Assembly (NCBI GenBank): GCA_030429345.1
Contig: JAUIFJ010000014.1
Location: forward strand, 35,989-99,988
Reading direction: 5' to 3'
DNA length: 64,000 nt
From: a bacterium
Lineage (GTDB): Bacteria; CAIWAD01
The notes below the pieces were generated by a model, which saw only the letters and a program-made list of their open reading frames with translations, searched no databases and had not been told where the DNA came from. This document shows, piece after piece, positions 26,266 to 35,202 of this stretch; the first letter of the stretch is position 1, and each line of letters opens with the position of its first letter. The position numbers and the translations under genes are program-made.

Positions 26266-27177
26266 ATGAAGGGACCAGAGACGAAGGCCCCCTGCAGCGG
26301 CATCCTTCTCTGCGCCGGGGAAGGGCGACGCCTGCGGCCGCTGACCCTGGTGCGGCCCAAGCCCCTGGTGCCGCTGCACGGCATTCCCCTGGCCGAGTTC
26401 GGCCTGCGCTTCCTGCTGGAAGCCGGGTGCGACCCGATCGCGATCAACGGCTGGCACCTGGCGGAGCAGATTGAGGCCTGGGTGGAGGAGCTGCGCCGGC
26501 GCTACCCCGAGCGCCGCTTTCTCTTCTTCCGGGAGGAGCGGCTGCTCGGCACGGGGGGAAGCCTGCAACAGATGCTGCCGCGGCTGCCTGCCGGGCCGGT
26601 GCTGGTACAGAACGGCGATGTGCTCCACGACGCGGATCCGGCCCTGTTGTTGAAGGATCTGCCGCAGGAGGAGATCCGCCTGCTGTCGACGTCTGGCCCA
26701 CCTGTGCTGGAAGGACGGGAGGGGCAGGTCCTCAGCCTTCGGGATCCGGCGCGTTCGAACCGGGGCTTCGCCGGCGTGCACGCCATCGGGGCCGAGGCGC
26801 GCAAGGCCTTGCTGGACGATGGTCCGGCGGATGTGGTCGAGCGCTGGCAGGCCTTCATCGCGCTGAATGGTGCTCCCCGGCTGGGCGCCACCCTGCACGA
26901 TGGGTTCTGGAAGGACATCGGCCGGCTGGCCGAGTACCTGCCCTTTCATTGGGAGCTGGCGCGGGATCCGGCGTATCTTGCCCTGTGCCGGCGGCTGGAT
27001 CTGCATGCCGATGTGGACCCCGAGAGGAAGGTCTCTCCGGCGGCGGCCCGCCTGGGCGAGGGCAGCCGGGAAGCGGTGCTCTGGCATCACGAGGGCTGGC
27101 CGGGCCGGGTTCGCCGAGCGATCCTTTGCCGTCCAGGCGGCGGAAACGGAAATCTGGAAGGAGAAATCCTGCTTTGA
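26266..27177 (+). CDS. Sugar-1-phosphate nucleotidyltransferase, MurU-like (N-acetylmuramate alpha-1-phosphate uridylyltransferase family)
   Basis: 303 aa. The N-terminal G-rich loop ILLCAGEGRRLRPLTLVRPKPLVPL is followed by LLGTGGSLQQ...LVQNGDVLHD and HDGFWKDIGRLAEYL, which parallel the conserved MurU blocks. It starts 4 nt after the mraY stop. Confidence 0.65.
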   Translation: MKGPETKAPCSGILLCAGEGRRLRPLTLVRPKPLVPLHGIPLAEFGLRFLLEAGCDPIAINGWHLAEQIEAWVEELRRRYPERRFLFFREERLLGTGGSLQQMLPRLPAGPVLVQNGDVLHDADPALLLKDLPQEEIRLLSTSGPPVLEGREGQVLSLRDPARSNRGFAGVHAIGAEARKALLDDGPADVVERWQAFIALNGAPRLGATLHDGFWKDIGRLAEYLPFHWELARDPAYLALCRRLDLHADVDPERKVSPAAARLGEGSREAVLWHHEGWPGRVRRAILCRPGGGNGNLEGEILL

Positions 27178-27992
27178 AGCTTCGCAAACGTTGGCTCCTG
27201 TTGCTGGCACTGATCCTCCTGGCCACCTGGACCGTCTATCCCTGGATCCGCTCGGGATCCGCCGAGGGCGATCAGGAACTGGTCATCGCCTCCTGGAACC
27301 TGATGGCGCTGAACAAGTACGGCGCGCAGGGCATCGACGGCCTGAGCGAACTGCGCCCCTGGGAGCCGGATGTGGTCTGCCTGCAGGAGTTTCCCTTCCG
27401 CCGGGGAGAGCTGCAGGCGGAAATCCTCTTCCAGATGGGCCTGGTGCACCGCAAGGACGCTCCCTACGCCGGCCAGCAAGGCAGCGGGCTGAGCGTCTTT
27501 TCCCGCTATCCCGTGCTGTCGCACGAAATCCAGCCCCTGCCGCCCTTCCAGGAAAACCGCGTGGCCAGCCTTGTGGAACTTGAAGTCGCAGGGCGCAGTT
27601 TCTGGTTGACGACGGTCCATTTTCCCAACTCGGACATTCATGAACTCGGCATCCGCCGGACCATGAAGCAGGAAATCCTGGGACCGACCATGAGGCTGGA
27701 ACAGGCCGAGGCGCTCGGGCAGTGGCTGCAGGCCTGGGAGGGACGCCCACTGGCAATTGCCGGAGATTTCAATACGTTCCCTTTTTCCGCCGCCTGGCGT
27801 GAACTGTGCCGCAACTTCTACGACGCCTTCCCCATTGGCAGCTTCTTCTCGGGGACCTATCAGGGCAGGTATGACATCGAGGCCAAGATTGACCATGTCT
27901 TTCTCTCCGACGAAGTGGACATCCTGGAAAGCCACATCCCCCGTATTCCCGGGTCGGACCATTGGCCAGTGGTGGTGCGGGTCCGTTTCTAG
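27174..27992 (+). CDS. Endonuclease/exonuclease/phosphatase (EEP) family protein with an N-terminal membrane anchor
   Basis: Probable TTG start at 27174 (LKLRKRWLLLLALILLATWTVYPW) overlapping the upstream stop; the ORF track lists a longer 26949 start. EEP motifs are ELVIASWNLMALN, DVVCLQEF and IAGDFNT...SDHWPVVV. Confidence 0.6.
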   Translation: MKLRKRWLLLLALILLATWTVYPWIRSGSAEGDQELVIASWNLMALNKYGAQGIDGLSELRPWEPDVVCLQEFPFRRGELQAEILFQMGLVHRKDAPYAGQQGSGLSVFSRYPVLSHEIQPLPPFQENRVASLVELEVAGRSFWLTTVHFPNSDIHELGIRRTMKQEILGPTMRLEQAEALGQWLQAWEGRPLAIAGDFNTFPFSAAWRELCRNFYDAFPIGSFFSGTYQGRYDIEAKIDHVFLSDEVDILESHIPRIPGSDHWPVVVRVRF

Positions 27993-30900
27993 CCTGCTGC
28001 TTCTGCTGCTGGTCACGGCCGGTGCTGTAAAGGCGGATCCTCGCGTCCGGCTGCTCGAGTCCTCCGGTGAGAGCCTGTCCTTCGTCTTCGAGGCCGGCAC
28101 CCTGCGCGCCTTTGCCGATGCAGAGGGCGCGGTCTTCCTGGGTGGCGATCATCTTGCTCCCGGGGATTCCGCCCGCGCCGAGCTGCGCATTGCCCTGCCG
28201 CCCGGCGGCAGCGCGCGAGTGCTGCCGGGAGCGGCCGACTGGTCCCCGCTGGGCGGTCCCCATCGCCCGACCCTGCCCTCCCCCGAGCTGCAGAGCCGCA
28301 GCGAAGAGTGGCGGGACCTGCGCGTGCTGCGCCTGAGTCTGCCGCTGCTGCGCTCCGGTCCCAAGGGTGTGCAGGTCCTGCAGCGCCAGAGTTTTCGTGT
28401 ACGCATCGAGGGAGCCTCCTTCGGAAGGCCCAGCATCTCCAGCGCCGGCGAACGCGCCCTGGCCCTGGTCAATCCGCAGCAGGCGGCCAACTGGGCGGCG
28501 CCCCGGCCGCTGCAGCGCGCTGTCACCAGCTCCTTCGAAGGCGACACCTGGGTGCGGATTCCGGTCCGCGAAAGCGGTTTGTACCGGATCACGCCGAACC
28601 GCCTGGCCGAGCTGGGCCTGAATCCCGGCGCCTACGACCCGGCCGGCATGCGCGTCTACAGCTACGACGGGCGGGAGATTCCGCGGGACCCGGCTGCCGC
28701 GCGCAACAGCCTGTACCGGATGAACGAGCTGCCCGTGCTCCGCGAACACGACGGCAACGGCGTCTTCGACGGAAGCGACCGCCTGCTGTTCTACGGACAC
28801 GGCCTCTTCCACCTGGGCCGCGGGGACGATGGCGGCATTCAGCATTTCGAGCACTTCTATGGCGAGGAGAATTTCTACTGGCTGATGCTCGGGGGACTGA
28901 CCGCAGGGCGCGAGATGCAGTCCATCGTAAACGTGGGCGGAACCCTGGTCGAGAAGCTGCCCTGGCGCGGCTTCATCGACGAGAACACGACCAGCCACGA
29001 CAACAGCGCGCTGGCCTGGTACGGTGATGCCTTCGTCAACCGCAACAGCATCGAGTACAGCTGGCCGCTGGCCCTGGACGGCAGCCTGGCGAGCATCGGC
29101 ATCGACTACGATTTCGTCTACAGCACCCAGCCGAGCAACACGAGGGACAGCCTGCAGTTCACCCTGAACGACCAGCTCTTCTGGGGCCAGGGCGTGAGAC
29201 CGAGCACGACGGCGCTGATCGAAGACGACCTGGTCCTTTCCGGAAACGAGCTGCGCCTCGGCATCCGCCAGCTGGCGAGCACGGGGATTCCGGTGCTGCT
29301 CGACGAGATCGAGATCACGGTTCAGACGCCGCCGGCCTTCCTGGACGGGGAAGTCAGCTTCGAGTCACCAACGGCCGCCGGCGCCTTCCAGGTGCAGGTG
29401 GGAAACTTCCCTTCCGGCGGCTACCTGCTCGAAGTATCACGGGACGACAGCGTGCGTGTCCTGCGCCAGGGGCTGCTCGGCGACCGCGTGCCGATCGATC
29501 CGGCGGACAGCAGCCGGACCCTGCAGCGCAGGTATTACGGCTGTTCCCCGGAGGCCATCCGCGACATCGAGCGCGCCACCCTGGCGGATCCGCCCCTGCT
29601 GGACGCGGGCAACGACAGCGAACTGATCGTGATCGCCCCCGCGCAGCTGGCGGAAAGCGCCCGGCGGCTGGTGGATCACCGGAACGCGGAGGGCCGCCTG
29701 CGGGCCCGGCTGGTCACGCTGGAAGAGGTCTACGCCGCCTACAACGCCGGCGTGCCGGACCCCGCCGCCGTGCGCAATTTCCTCAAGCACCAATACGAGG
29801 CAGGCCTGCCCGCGCCCTCGCTGCGCTATGTGCTGCTGGCCGGTGGCGGACACTATGATCCGCGGGGGCTGATCGAGGGCGCCTGGCCGGACCTCTTCCC
29901 CGCCTGGTACCGTAACACGAGCATGCTCGACGAACTCTATGGCAGGCTGCTGAACGGCAGTTTCATGGACATCGCCGTGGGCCGTCTGCCTGTCTGGTCC
30001 GCCAGCGAGCTGGATGCCTACATCGACAAGCTGATCGCCTACGAAAGCCCGGAAGCGCGCGGGGACTGGCGCAACCGCCTGCTCTTCGTCGGCGACGACG
30101 AGCACGGGGAAAACGACCGCGTGCTGCGCTGGGAAAGCGATCACACGCAGCACAACGAGTACCTGATCGACAACCTGGTGCCCCCGGCCTTCGATTCGCA
30201 GCGCATCTACTCGATCGATTTTCCCCGAGTATACAATCCGGAGATCCGCGTCTACGAGAAGCCCCTGGCGGAGAAGGCTCTGCTGGACGCTTTGGAGGAA
30301 GGGGCCTCGCTGATCAACTACATCGGCCACGGCAACAATACCACCTGGACCCACGAGTACCTCTTCAACACGAGCAAGCACCTGTCCCTGCTGCCGTCCA
30401 ACAACCGCCCCGCGCTCTACATTGCCGCCACCTGCTCCTGGGCCGAAATCGACCTGCCCATCGGCCTGGCCCTGCCGCAGCAGCTGATCAGCTTTCCTGC
30501 CGGCGGCGCCATCGGCATCATGGCCGCCACGCGCAACACGACCAGCGGCGGCAATGACCGTTTCGCCCAGGCGCTCTACTCGGCGCTCTTCCTGGGCTGG
30601 AACGAAGCGGGACATCCGCGGATCACGGTGGCCGAGGCCATGCGCCAGGCCAAGAACTCGACCACCTCCTCCAATGACGACCTCTACTTGTATCTCGGCG
30701 ACCCGAGCATGCTGCCCGGTTTTCCCGGCGGCAGCGGAGCGCTGGAACAGGTGCTGGGGCCGGAAGGGACGGCTGTCGACACCCTGCTGACCCTGGAACT
30801 GGCCAGCCTGGGTTTTGCCTCGGAGGATCCGCGGGACGGCACGACGGTGCAGCAGGGGCAGGCCTTCGTCGAGGTGCGCGAGGCGCCGGTGCCGCGCAAG

Positions 30901-31875
30901 TACTACTACGAGCTGAGCGCCGGGTATACGGTTCCGGATTCGCTGCTCTACGAGGCGCCGGGCGCCTTGCTCTTCAGCGGTCGCACGGAAATGAGCGGGG
31001 GACAGACGGAGGCGCGCTTCGTGATGCCGGCCGACTTCTCCGGCCGTCCCGCGCCGGGACGCATTCGCCTGTACTACGAAGGCGAGACCGGCAGCGGCGA
31101 GGCAGAGGACGGCGTGATCTACAATGCCGAGGTGCCCTTTGCCCGCAATCCGGATCCTGCGGAGGACAGCAGCGCGCCAAGTGTGGAACTACTCTTCAAC
31201 GGCCCCCACTGGCGCGAAGGGGACCCGGTGGCCCCCAATTCGGCGGTCTACCTGCTGCTGGAGGACGAGAACGGCATCAACCTGACCGGGGAGATCGGCC
31301 ACCGCATCGAGCTCGAGATCGACGGCGAGACCCCGATCGACCTGACGGACAGTTTCGTCTACGAAACGGGGAGCTACACGCGCGGCACGGCGGTGCGGGA
31401 ACTGCCCCTGCTGGAACCGGGAGAGCACACGGCGCGCGTCCGGGCCTTCGACAACTTCAACAACCCCGGCTATGCCGAGACGCGTTTCACCGTGCTCAAC
31501 ACGGGGCAGCTGCGGCTGACGGATCTGGTCAACTTTCCCAATCCGGTGAAAAGCGACACGCGCTTCACCTTCCGCCTGGCCGACCTGGCGCTGGAAGCGC
31601 CGCCGGAGGTCGAACTGAGCGTCTACACCACCCGCGGCCGCCGCGTCTTCCGCGACGCCCTCGAGCTCTCCGGCAACGAGAGCCTGTACTACACCGAGCA
31701 CTGGCGTCCCCGCGACGACCGCGGCGATCCCCTGGCGCGCGGCGTCTACCTCTACCGCCTGAGCCTGGCTGTGCCGCCGACGAGCTACACCCGCGTCGAC
31801 GAGCTGGGCAACCTGGTCAGCGCCACCAACGCCGGCGGCGAAGTGACGGCGGAGGGGACGATGATCGTGCACTAG
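27895..31875 (+). CDS. Peptidase C25 (gingipain-fold) family protein with a CTD-like C-terminus, probably the T9SS signal peptidase/sortase PorU
   Basis: About 1330 aa. Catalytic His and Cys contexts are LINYIGHGNNTTW and LYIAATCSWAEIDLP. The C-terminal region is FPNPVKSDTRFTFRL...GVYLYRLSL. The hydrophobic signal segment VSSLLLLLLVTAGAVKA has no canonical start just upstream, so the start is ambiguous (ATG 27895, TTG 27757 or a non-canonical codon near 27990). Confidence 0.6.
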   Translation: MSFSPTKWTSWKATSPVFPGRTIGQWWCGSVSSLLLLLLVTAGAVKADPRVRLLESSGESLSFVFEAGTLRAFADAEGAVFLGGDHLAPGDSARAELRIALPPGGSARVLPGAADWSPLGGPHRPTLPSPELQSRSEEWRDLRVLRLSLPLLRSGPKGVQVLQRQSFRVRIEGASFGRPSISSAGERALALVNPQQAANWAAPRPLQRAVTSSFEGDTWVRIPVRESGLYRITPNRLAELGLNPGAYDPAGMRVYSYDGREIPRDPAAARNSLYRMNELPVLREHDGNGVFDGSDRLLFYGHGLFHLGRGDDGGIQHFEHFYGEENFYWLMLGGLTAGREMQSIVNVGGTLVEKLPWRGFIDENTTSHDNSALAWYGDAFVNRNSIEYSWPLALDGSLASIGIDYDFVYSTQPSNTRDSLQFTLNDQLFWGQGVRPSTTALIEDDLVLSGNELRLGIRQLASTGIPVLLDEIEITVQTPPAFLDGEVSFESPTAAGAFQVQVGNFPSGGYLLEVSRDDSVRVLRQGLLGDRVPIDPADSSRTLQRRYYGCSPEAIRDIERATLADPPLLDAGNDSELIVIAPAQLAESARRLVDHRNAEGRLRARLVTLEEVYAAYNAGVPDPAAVRNFLKHQYEAGLPAPSLRYVLLAGGGHYDPRGLIEGAWPDLFPAWYRNTSMLDELYGRLLNGSFMDIAVGRLPVWSASELDAYIDKLIAYESPEARGDWRNRLLFVGDDEHGENDRVLRWESDHTQHNEYLIDNLVPPAFDSQRIYSIDFPRVYNPEIRVYEKPLAEKALLDALEEGASLINYIGHGNNTTWTHEYLFNTSKHLSLLPSNNRPALYIAATCSWAEIDLPIGLALPQQLISFPAGGAIGIMAATRNTTSGGNDRFAQALYSALFLGWNEAGHPRITVAEAMRQAKNSTTSSNDDLYLYLGDPSMLPGFPGGSGALEQVLGPEGTAVDTLLTLELASLGFASEDPRDGTTVQQGQAFVEVREAPVPRKYYYELSAGYTVPDSLLYEAPGALLFSGRTEMSGGQTEARFVMPADFSGRPAPGRIRLYYEGETGSGEAEDGVIYNAEVPFARNPDPAEDSSAPSVELLFNGPHWREGDPVAPNSAVYLLLEDENGINLTGEIGHRIELEIDGETPIDLTDSFVYETGSYTRGTAVRELPLLEPGEHTARVRAFDNFNNPGYAETRFTVLNTGQLRLTDLVNFPNPVKSDTRFTFRLADLALEAPPEVELSVYTTRGRRVFRDALELSGNESLYYTEHWRPRDDRGDPLARGVYLYRLSLAVPPTSYTRVDELGNLVSATNAGGEVTAEGTMIVH

Positions 31876-31880
31876 TTGGG

Positions 31881-32023
31881 AAGAACTCGCACGGAGGGCA
31901 CGGGGGGGGAAGAGAGAGCACGGAGAAGAAAAATGCAGAACGGGGAAGTCGCTTCGCGACTTCCCCGTTCTGTGTCTTTTCCGTGTCCTCTCTTCGCCCT
32001 TCGTGCCCTCCGTGCGAGTTCTT
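31881..32023. repeat. Nested palindromic intergenic element: 22-bp perfect terminal inverted repeats enclosing a central bidirectional terminator
   Basis: AAGAACTCGCACGGAGGGCACG at 31881-31902 is the reverse complement of 32002-32023. Inner imperfect inverted repeats are GAAGAGAGAGCACGG and CCGTGTCCTCTCTTC. The central hairpin AACGGGGAAGTCGC-ttc-GCGACTTCCCCGTT (31939-31969) has T-runs on both sides. Two mirror-image spurious ORFs (31876..32247 + and 31189..32037 -) arise from it. Confidence 0.5.
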
Positions 32024-32975
32024 ATTCCTTTCCCCACGGATCCCCGCCCTCGTCGAACCAGGACTGCAGCCTTTCGCGCTGTTTCTCGACGCGGAAGGAC
32101 AGTTCCGGAGGGGTCGGCGTGTCGAGGGCCATCAGGCCGTGGACCACGGCGCGGGCGGAGTCCCCGCGTCGCAGGTGGATGCGGCAGAGCTTCTCGTGGC
32201 AGATCAGGCGATTGATGCCGTTGTCGACCTCGCAGTCGTCCAGCTGACTCAGGATCAGTTCGTATACATCCGCTGCTTCCAGCCAGCGCTGCTGGTCGAT
32301 GAGGGCGTCGCCCAGCGGGAAGAGAAAGATGCGGCTGCCCGGAAAGACCGCCAGTGCTTCGTCACACAGCTTCTCGGCCCTGTCGGGCTGGTCGTTGTCC
32401 AGGTACATCCAGCTCAGGTTGGAGGCCGCCACCCAGGGATTGTACTGTCCATTCTCCCGGGCACGGCGCACCAGGCGGAGGCCTTCCTCCCGGTCGTCGT
32501 CCAGAAAGGGCAGCCAGTGCAGAGGCAGCAGCTTGACGCTTTTCCAGTAGTAGTAGTTGCCCAGCCCCAGGTAGACATCCTCGAAGTCCGGGTGCTCCTC
32601 GGAGAGTGCTTCCAGTTTCTTCATGGCCTTCAGGCCGTGACGCATGGCGGGCCACCAGTCCTGCCGGCGGCTCAGGTGGTAGGCGCGATAACTCCCGATG
32701 CTGGCTCGCAGGAAGGCCATGCCCGCAGGTTCCTTTTTGCCGCGCGCGATCGGCTCGATGAGCGCCGCAGCCGAATCCAGGGCGGCATGGAAGGCCTCTT
32801 CGTGCCGAAAGCTCTCCTCGTCCGTCATGCGGATCGAGAGCACCGCCGCGCGGAAGAACCAGCCCTCCGGGCGTTCCGGTTCCACCCGGATCAGGCTGTC
32901 CGTCAGCTGCAGGGCCGCATCGAAATCCGTCCGGAGGCAGGCGTCGATGGCCCGGTTGACGGCAGCGGTCCGCAA
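32022..32975 (-). CDS. Tetratricopeptide-repeat protein, probably secreted if translation starts at an upstream CTG at 33050
   Basis: 317 aa from a TTG at 32975 and TPR-like helical repeats throughout. Upstream in frame is a near-ideal signal peptide (L)KRLFLLPFLLLCLSPVLLAAHLDP with no ATG/GTG/TTG. A CTG at 33050 is preceded by GGAAGAGGA 6 nt upstream and overlaps the upp stop (CTGA). Confidence 0.6.
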   Translation of the reverse strand: MRTAAVNRAIDACLRTDFDAALQLTDSLIRVEPERPEGWFFRAAVLSIRMTDEESFRHEEAFHAALDSAAALIEPIARGKKEPAGMAFLRASIGSYRAYHLSRRQDWWPAMRHGLKAMKKLEALSEEHPDFEDVYLGLGNYYYWKSVKLLPLHWLPFLDDDREEGLRLVRRARENGQYNPWVAASNLSWMYLDNDQPDRAEKLCDEALAVFPGSRIFLFPLGDALIDQQRWLEAADVYELILSQLDDCEVDNGINRLICHEKLCRIHLRRGDSARAVVHGLMALDTPTPPELSFRVEKQRERLQSWFDEGGDPWGKE

Positions 32976-33046
32976 GGGATCCAGATGAGCTGCAAGCAGG
33001 ACCGGCGACAGGCAGAGCAGGAGGAAGGGCAGCAGGAAAAGCCGTT

Positions 33047-33688
33047 TCAGGAGGCGTCCTCTTCCGGCAGGGTGCCGAAGATGCGGTCGCCGGCGTCGCC
33101 CAGGCCGGGCAGGATGTAGCCACGCTCGTTGAGTTCGCGATCCAGTGCGGCCGTATACATCGGCACGTCGGGGTGGTTGCGGTGGACCAGCTCCACGCCT
33201 TCGGGAGCGGCCAGGATGCTGACCAGCGCGATCGAGGCCGGCTGCAGCTCCTTGAGGAAGCGGATCGCCGCGTCCGCCGTCCCGCCCGTGGCGAGCATGG
33301 GATCGAGCACGATCAGCGTGCGCCCCTCCAGGTCGTGCGGCAGCTTCTTGTAGTACACCACCGGCAGCAGGCTCTCCTCGTCCCGGTAGAGTCCCAGGTG
33401 GGCGACCATCGCCGCAGGCAGCAGGCGCTTGAAACCCTGGACCATGCCCAGGCCGGCGCGCAGGATCGGCACCAGGACCGTGCGCCCCGCCATGCGCTGG
33501 CCGGTCGTCGCTTCCAGCGGCGTCTGCACCGCGCAGTCGTCCACCGGCAGATTCCGTGTCACCTCGTAGACCATGAGCGATGCCATCTGCTCGATGCAGG
33601 AGGCGAAGGTATCACAATCCGTCGCGCGCTCGCGGGCCACCGACAGGTTGTGCTGAATGACGGGATGATCAAGGACCTGGATCTTCAC
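33047..33688 (-). CDS. upp: Uracil phosphoribosyltransferase
   Basis: GTG start at 33688 (VKIQVLDHPVIQHNLSVARE...) giving 213 aa. It has the PRPP-binding loop TLIVLDPMLATGGTA and C-terminal YILPGLGDAGDRIFGT. The longer listed ORF (33802) adds an atypical 38-aa leader. Confidence 0.9.
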   Translation of the reverse strand: MKIQVLDHPVIQHNLSVARERATDCDTFASCIEQMASLMVYEVTRNLPVDDCAVQTPLEATTGQRMAGRTVLVPILRAGLGMVQGFKRLLPAAMVAHLGLYRDEESLLPVVYYKKLPHDLEGRTLIVLDPMLATGGTADAAIRFLKELQPASIALVSILAAPEGVELVHRNHPDVPMYTAALDRELNERGYILPGLGDAGDRIFGTLPEEDAS

Positions 33689-33837
33689 TCTGGGCTCCGC
33701 TTGGTTTCGCTTGGCGCTGCCGCCTGAATGTAGGAAGCTCTGTCTGCAAGATGCCAGATTCTGCCAGCCGCTCCGGCAAGCGGTTGTTGAAAAATTTGGC
33801 AAGAAACCGATCCTTTACCTGAACTTTCCTGTTCCAG

Positions 33838-34914
33838 TTGTCGATACCCAAGACAGCGGGTTCAAGGGGAACCACGCCGCTTGCCGGCACGCCGCCGGCC
33901 GGTTCAGAGGATCCACCAGTGTCCCAGACGGGTTGTGTGCAGAAGACACTCTTCGAAAGCCTTCGCGTTCTTCGCGTTCCGGATAGCGGTATTGTCAGCG
34001 GAGCCGAGCTGCACTGGCAGGCCCAGGACGCCGCGAGTTCCGGTCTGGATCAGCGCTTCCTGGACGCCCTGCATCCGCTCTTCCTGCCCGATCTGCCGGC
34101 AGGAGAATTGGCCGCCCGGGTTCGCAGCCAGGCGGCCAGCTACCGCGCCATGCACGGCGAGTCCTTTTCCGCCTTGAATCTGGCCCTGGCCGGTTGCAGC
34201 AGTGTCTGCTGCGATCTGCTGGGAGGCGGCGCTTCCTCCCTGTCTATTGAACTGGACGAATCCGGGCAGGTGCTGCGCCTCCGATTCGACCATGAGCAGG
34301 AATACCTGCATTCCTTTGCCGTGCTGTACTCGATTTCGATGCTCAACCAGGTCTTTCGAGACGGCAAGCTGGATCAGCGGCTGGTCCAGGTGCTGGAACT
34401 GGCCGGGCGCTACTTCCTGCGCGACTACCAGCTGGATTCCAGCCAGGATGATCTGCTGGACACCTTCTCCGAGCAGTTCCCGGTGGAGGTGGTCAACACC
34501 TTCGTCAATTTTCTCTACCCCAACAGCGAACACCTGGGGAACAGTCTGTTCAAGGTCCTGATCCTGGAAGACAACCGGCCGCTGGCCGAGGTCTTCTGCG
34601 ACATGCTGTCCAGTTTCGGCTACGTGGTCTACCAGGCCTACGACGGAGTGGAAGGCCTGGACCGGGTGGAGAGCGATTCCTTCGACCTGATCGTCAGCGA
34701 CATCCAGATGCCGAACCTGGACGGGCTCAGTTTTCTGGGCGTGCTGCGGAACCTGAAGCCGGGGATCCCGGTAATCATTACCACCGGTTACACCGGCATC
34801 TGGGAAGCCAGGGAAATCCTGGATCTGGGCGCGGTCGCCTTTCTTCCCAAACCCTTCACCATGCAGGACCTGATTCACACGGTGAACAGGATCGTGCACG
34901 GAGAAGAACCCTAG
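33838..34914 (+). CDS. Response regulator: N-terminal ~230-aa domain of unknown function plus a C-terminal CheY-like receiver domain
   Basis: The REC domain at the C-terminus is KVLILEDNRPLAEVFCDMLSSFGYVVYQAYDGVEGL...DLIVSDIQMPNLDGLSFLGVLRNLKPGIPVIITTGY...AFLPKPF. The start codon choice is uncertain. Confidence 0.7.
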   Translation: MSIPKTAGSRGTTPLAGTPPAGSEDPPVSQTGCVQKTLFESLRVLRVPDSGIVSGAELHWQAQDAASSGLDQRFLDALHPLFLPDLPAGELAARVRSQAASYRAMHGESFSALNLALAGCSSVCCDLLGGGASSLSIELDESGQVLRLRFDHEQEYLHSFAVLYSISMLNQVFRDGKLDQRLVQVLELAGRYFLRDYQLDSSQDDLLDTFSEQFPVEVVNTFVNFLYPNSEHLGNSLFKVLILEDNRPLAEVFCDMLSSFGYVVYQAYDGVEGLDRVESDSFDLIVSDIQMPNLDGLSFLGVLRNLKPGIPVIITTGYTGIWEAREILDLGAVAFLPKPFTMQDLIHTVNRIVHGEEP

Positions 34915-34922
34915 CCCCACTC

Positions 34923-34985
34923 TTAGCTGTGTGTTTGCAAGCGGCCCGGTCTACCCCAAGATCCGGGTCGTTTGCCTTTTTCGCG
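34923..34985. repeat. Copy 1 of a duplicated ~60-bp motif (TTAGCTGTGTGTTTGCA + GC hairpin + T-rich tail) with no gene attached
   Basis: ttagctgtgtgtttgcaagcggCCCGGtctaccccaagatCCGGGtcgtttgcctttttcg, about 80% identical to copy 2 and also containing a 5-bp stem hairpin. The ORF at 34931..35206 that starts inside it looks spurious. Confidence 0.4.
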
Positions 34986-35202
34986 GAGCGGGAATCCTCC
35001 TGCTGGCCTCCGCCCCGCATCCTGGGAATGGAGAAGGCAACAACCCGCTCCACGGCAATTTTTCTGCGGACTCCCTGATTTGCTTGATGCAGGTCAAGGT
35101 GTGGCGCACTGTCGGGACTATCTTGGTCATCGAATTCAGCGGGTCACCCCAGGCCGGCTGGGTTCTTCGGCCGAGGGCTACGGCCTTCGACCCGCCCCCC
35201 TT

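Noticed and set aside
27757-27894. TTG-initiated 5' extension of the PorU-like ORF
   Set aside because: It lies wholly inside the EEP gene in another frame. The signal peptide is much further downstream. It is kept only as an alternative start.
31189-32247. Mirror-image ORFs 31876..32247 (+) and 31189..32037 (-) with near-identical N-termini
   Set aside because: Both arise from the palindromic intergenic element, so the similar peptides are a consequence of the inverted repeat and not coding evidence.
34923-34940. TAGCTG-N5-TTGCA considered as a sigma-54 (-24/-12) promoter
   Set aside because: It lacks the invariant GG of the -24 element (TAGCTG versus TGGCAC), and only the -12 TTGCA matches.
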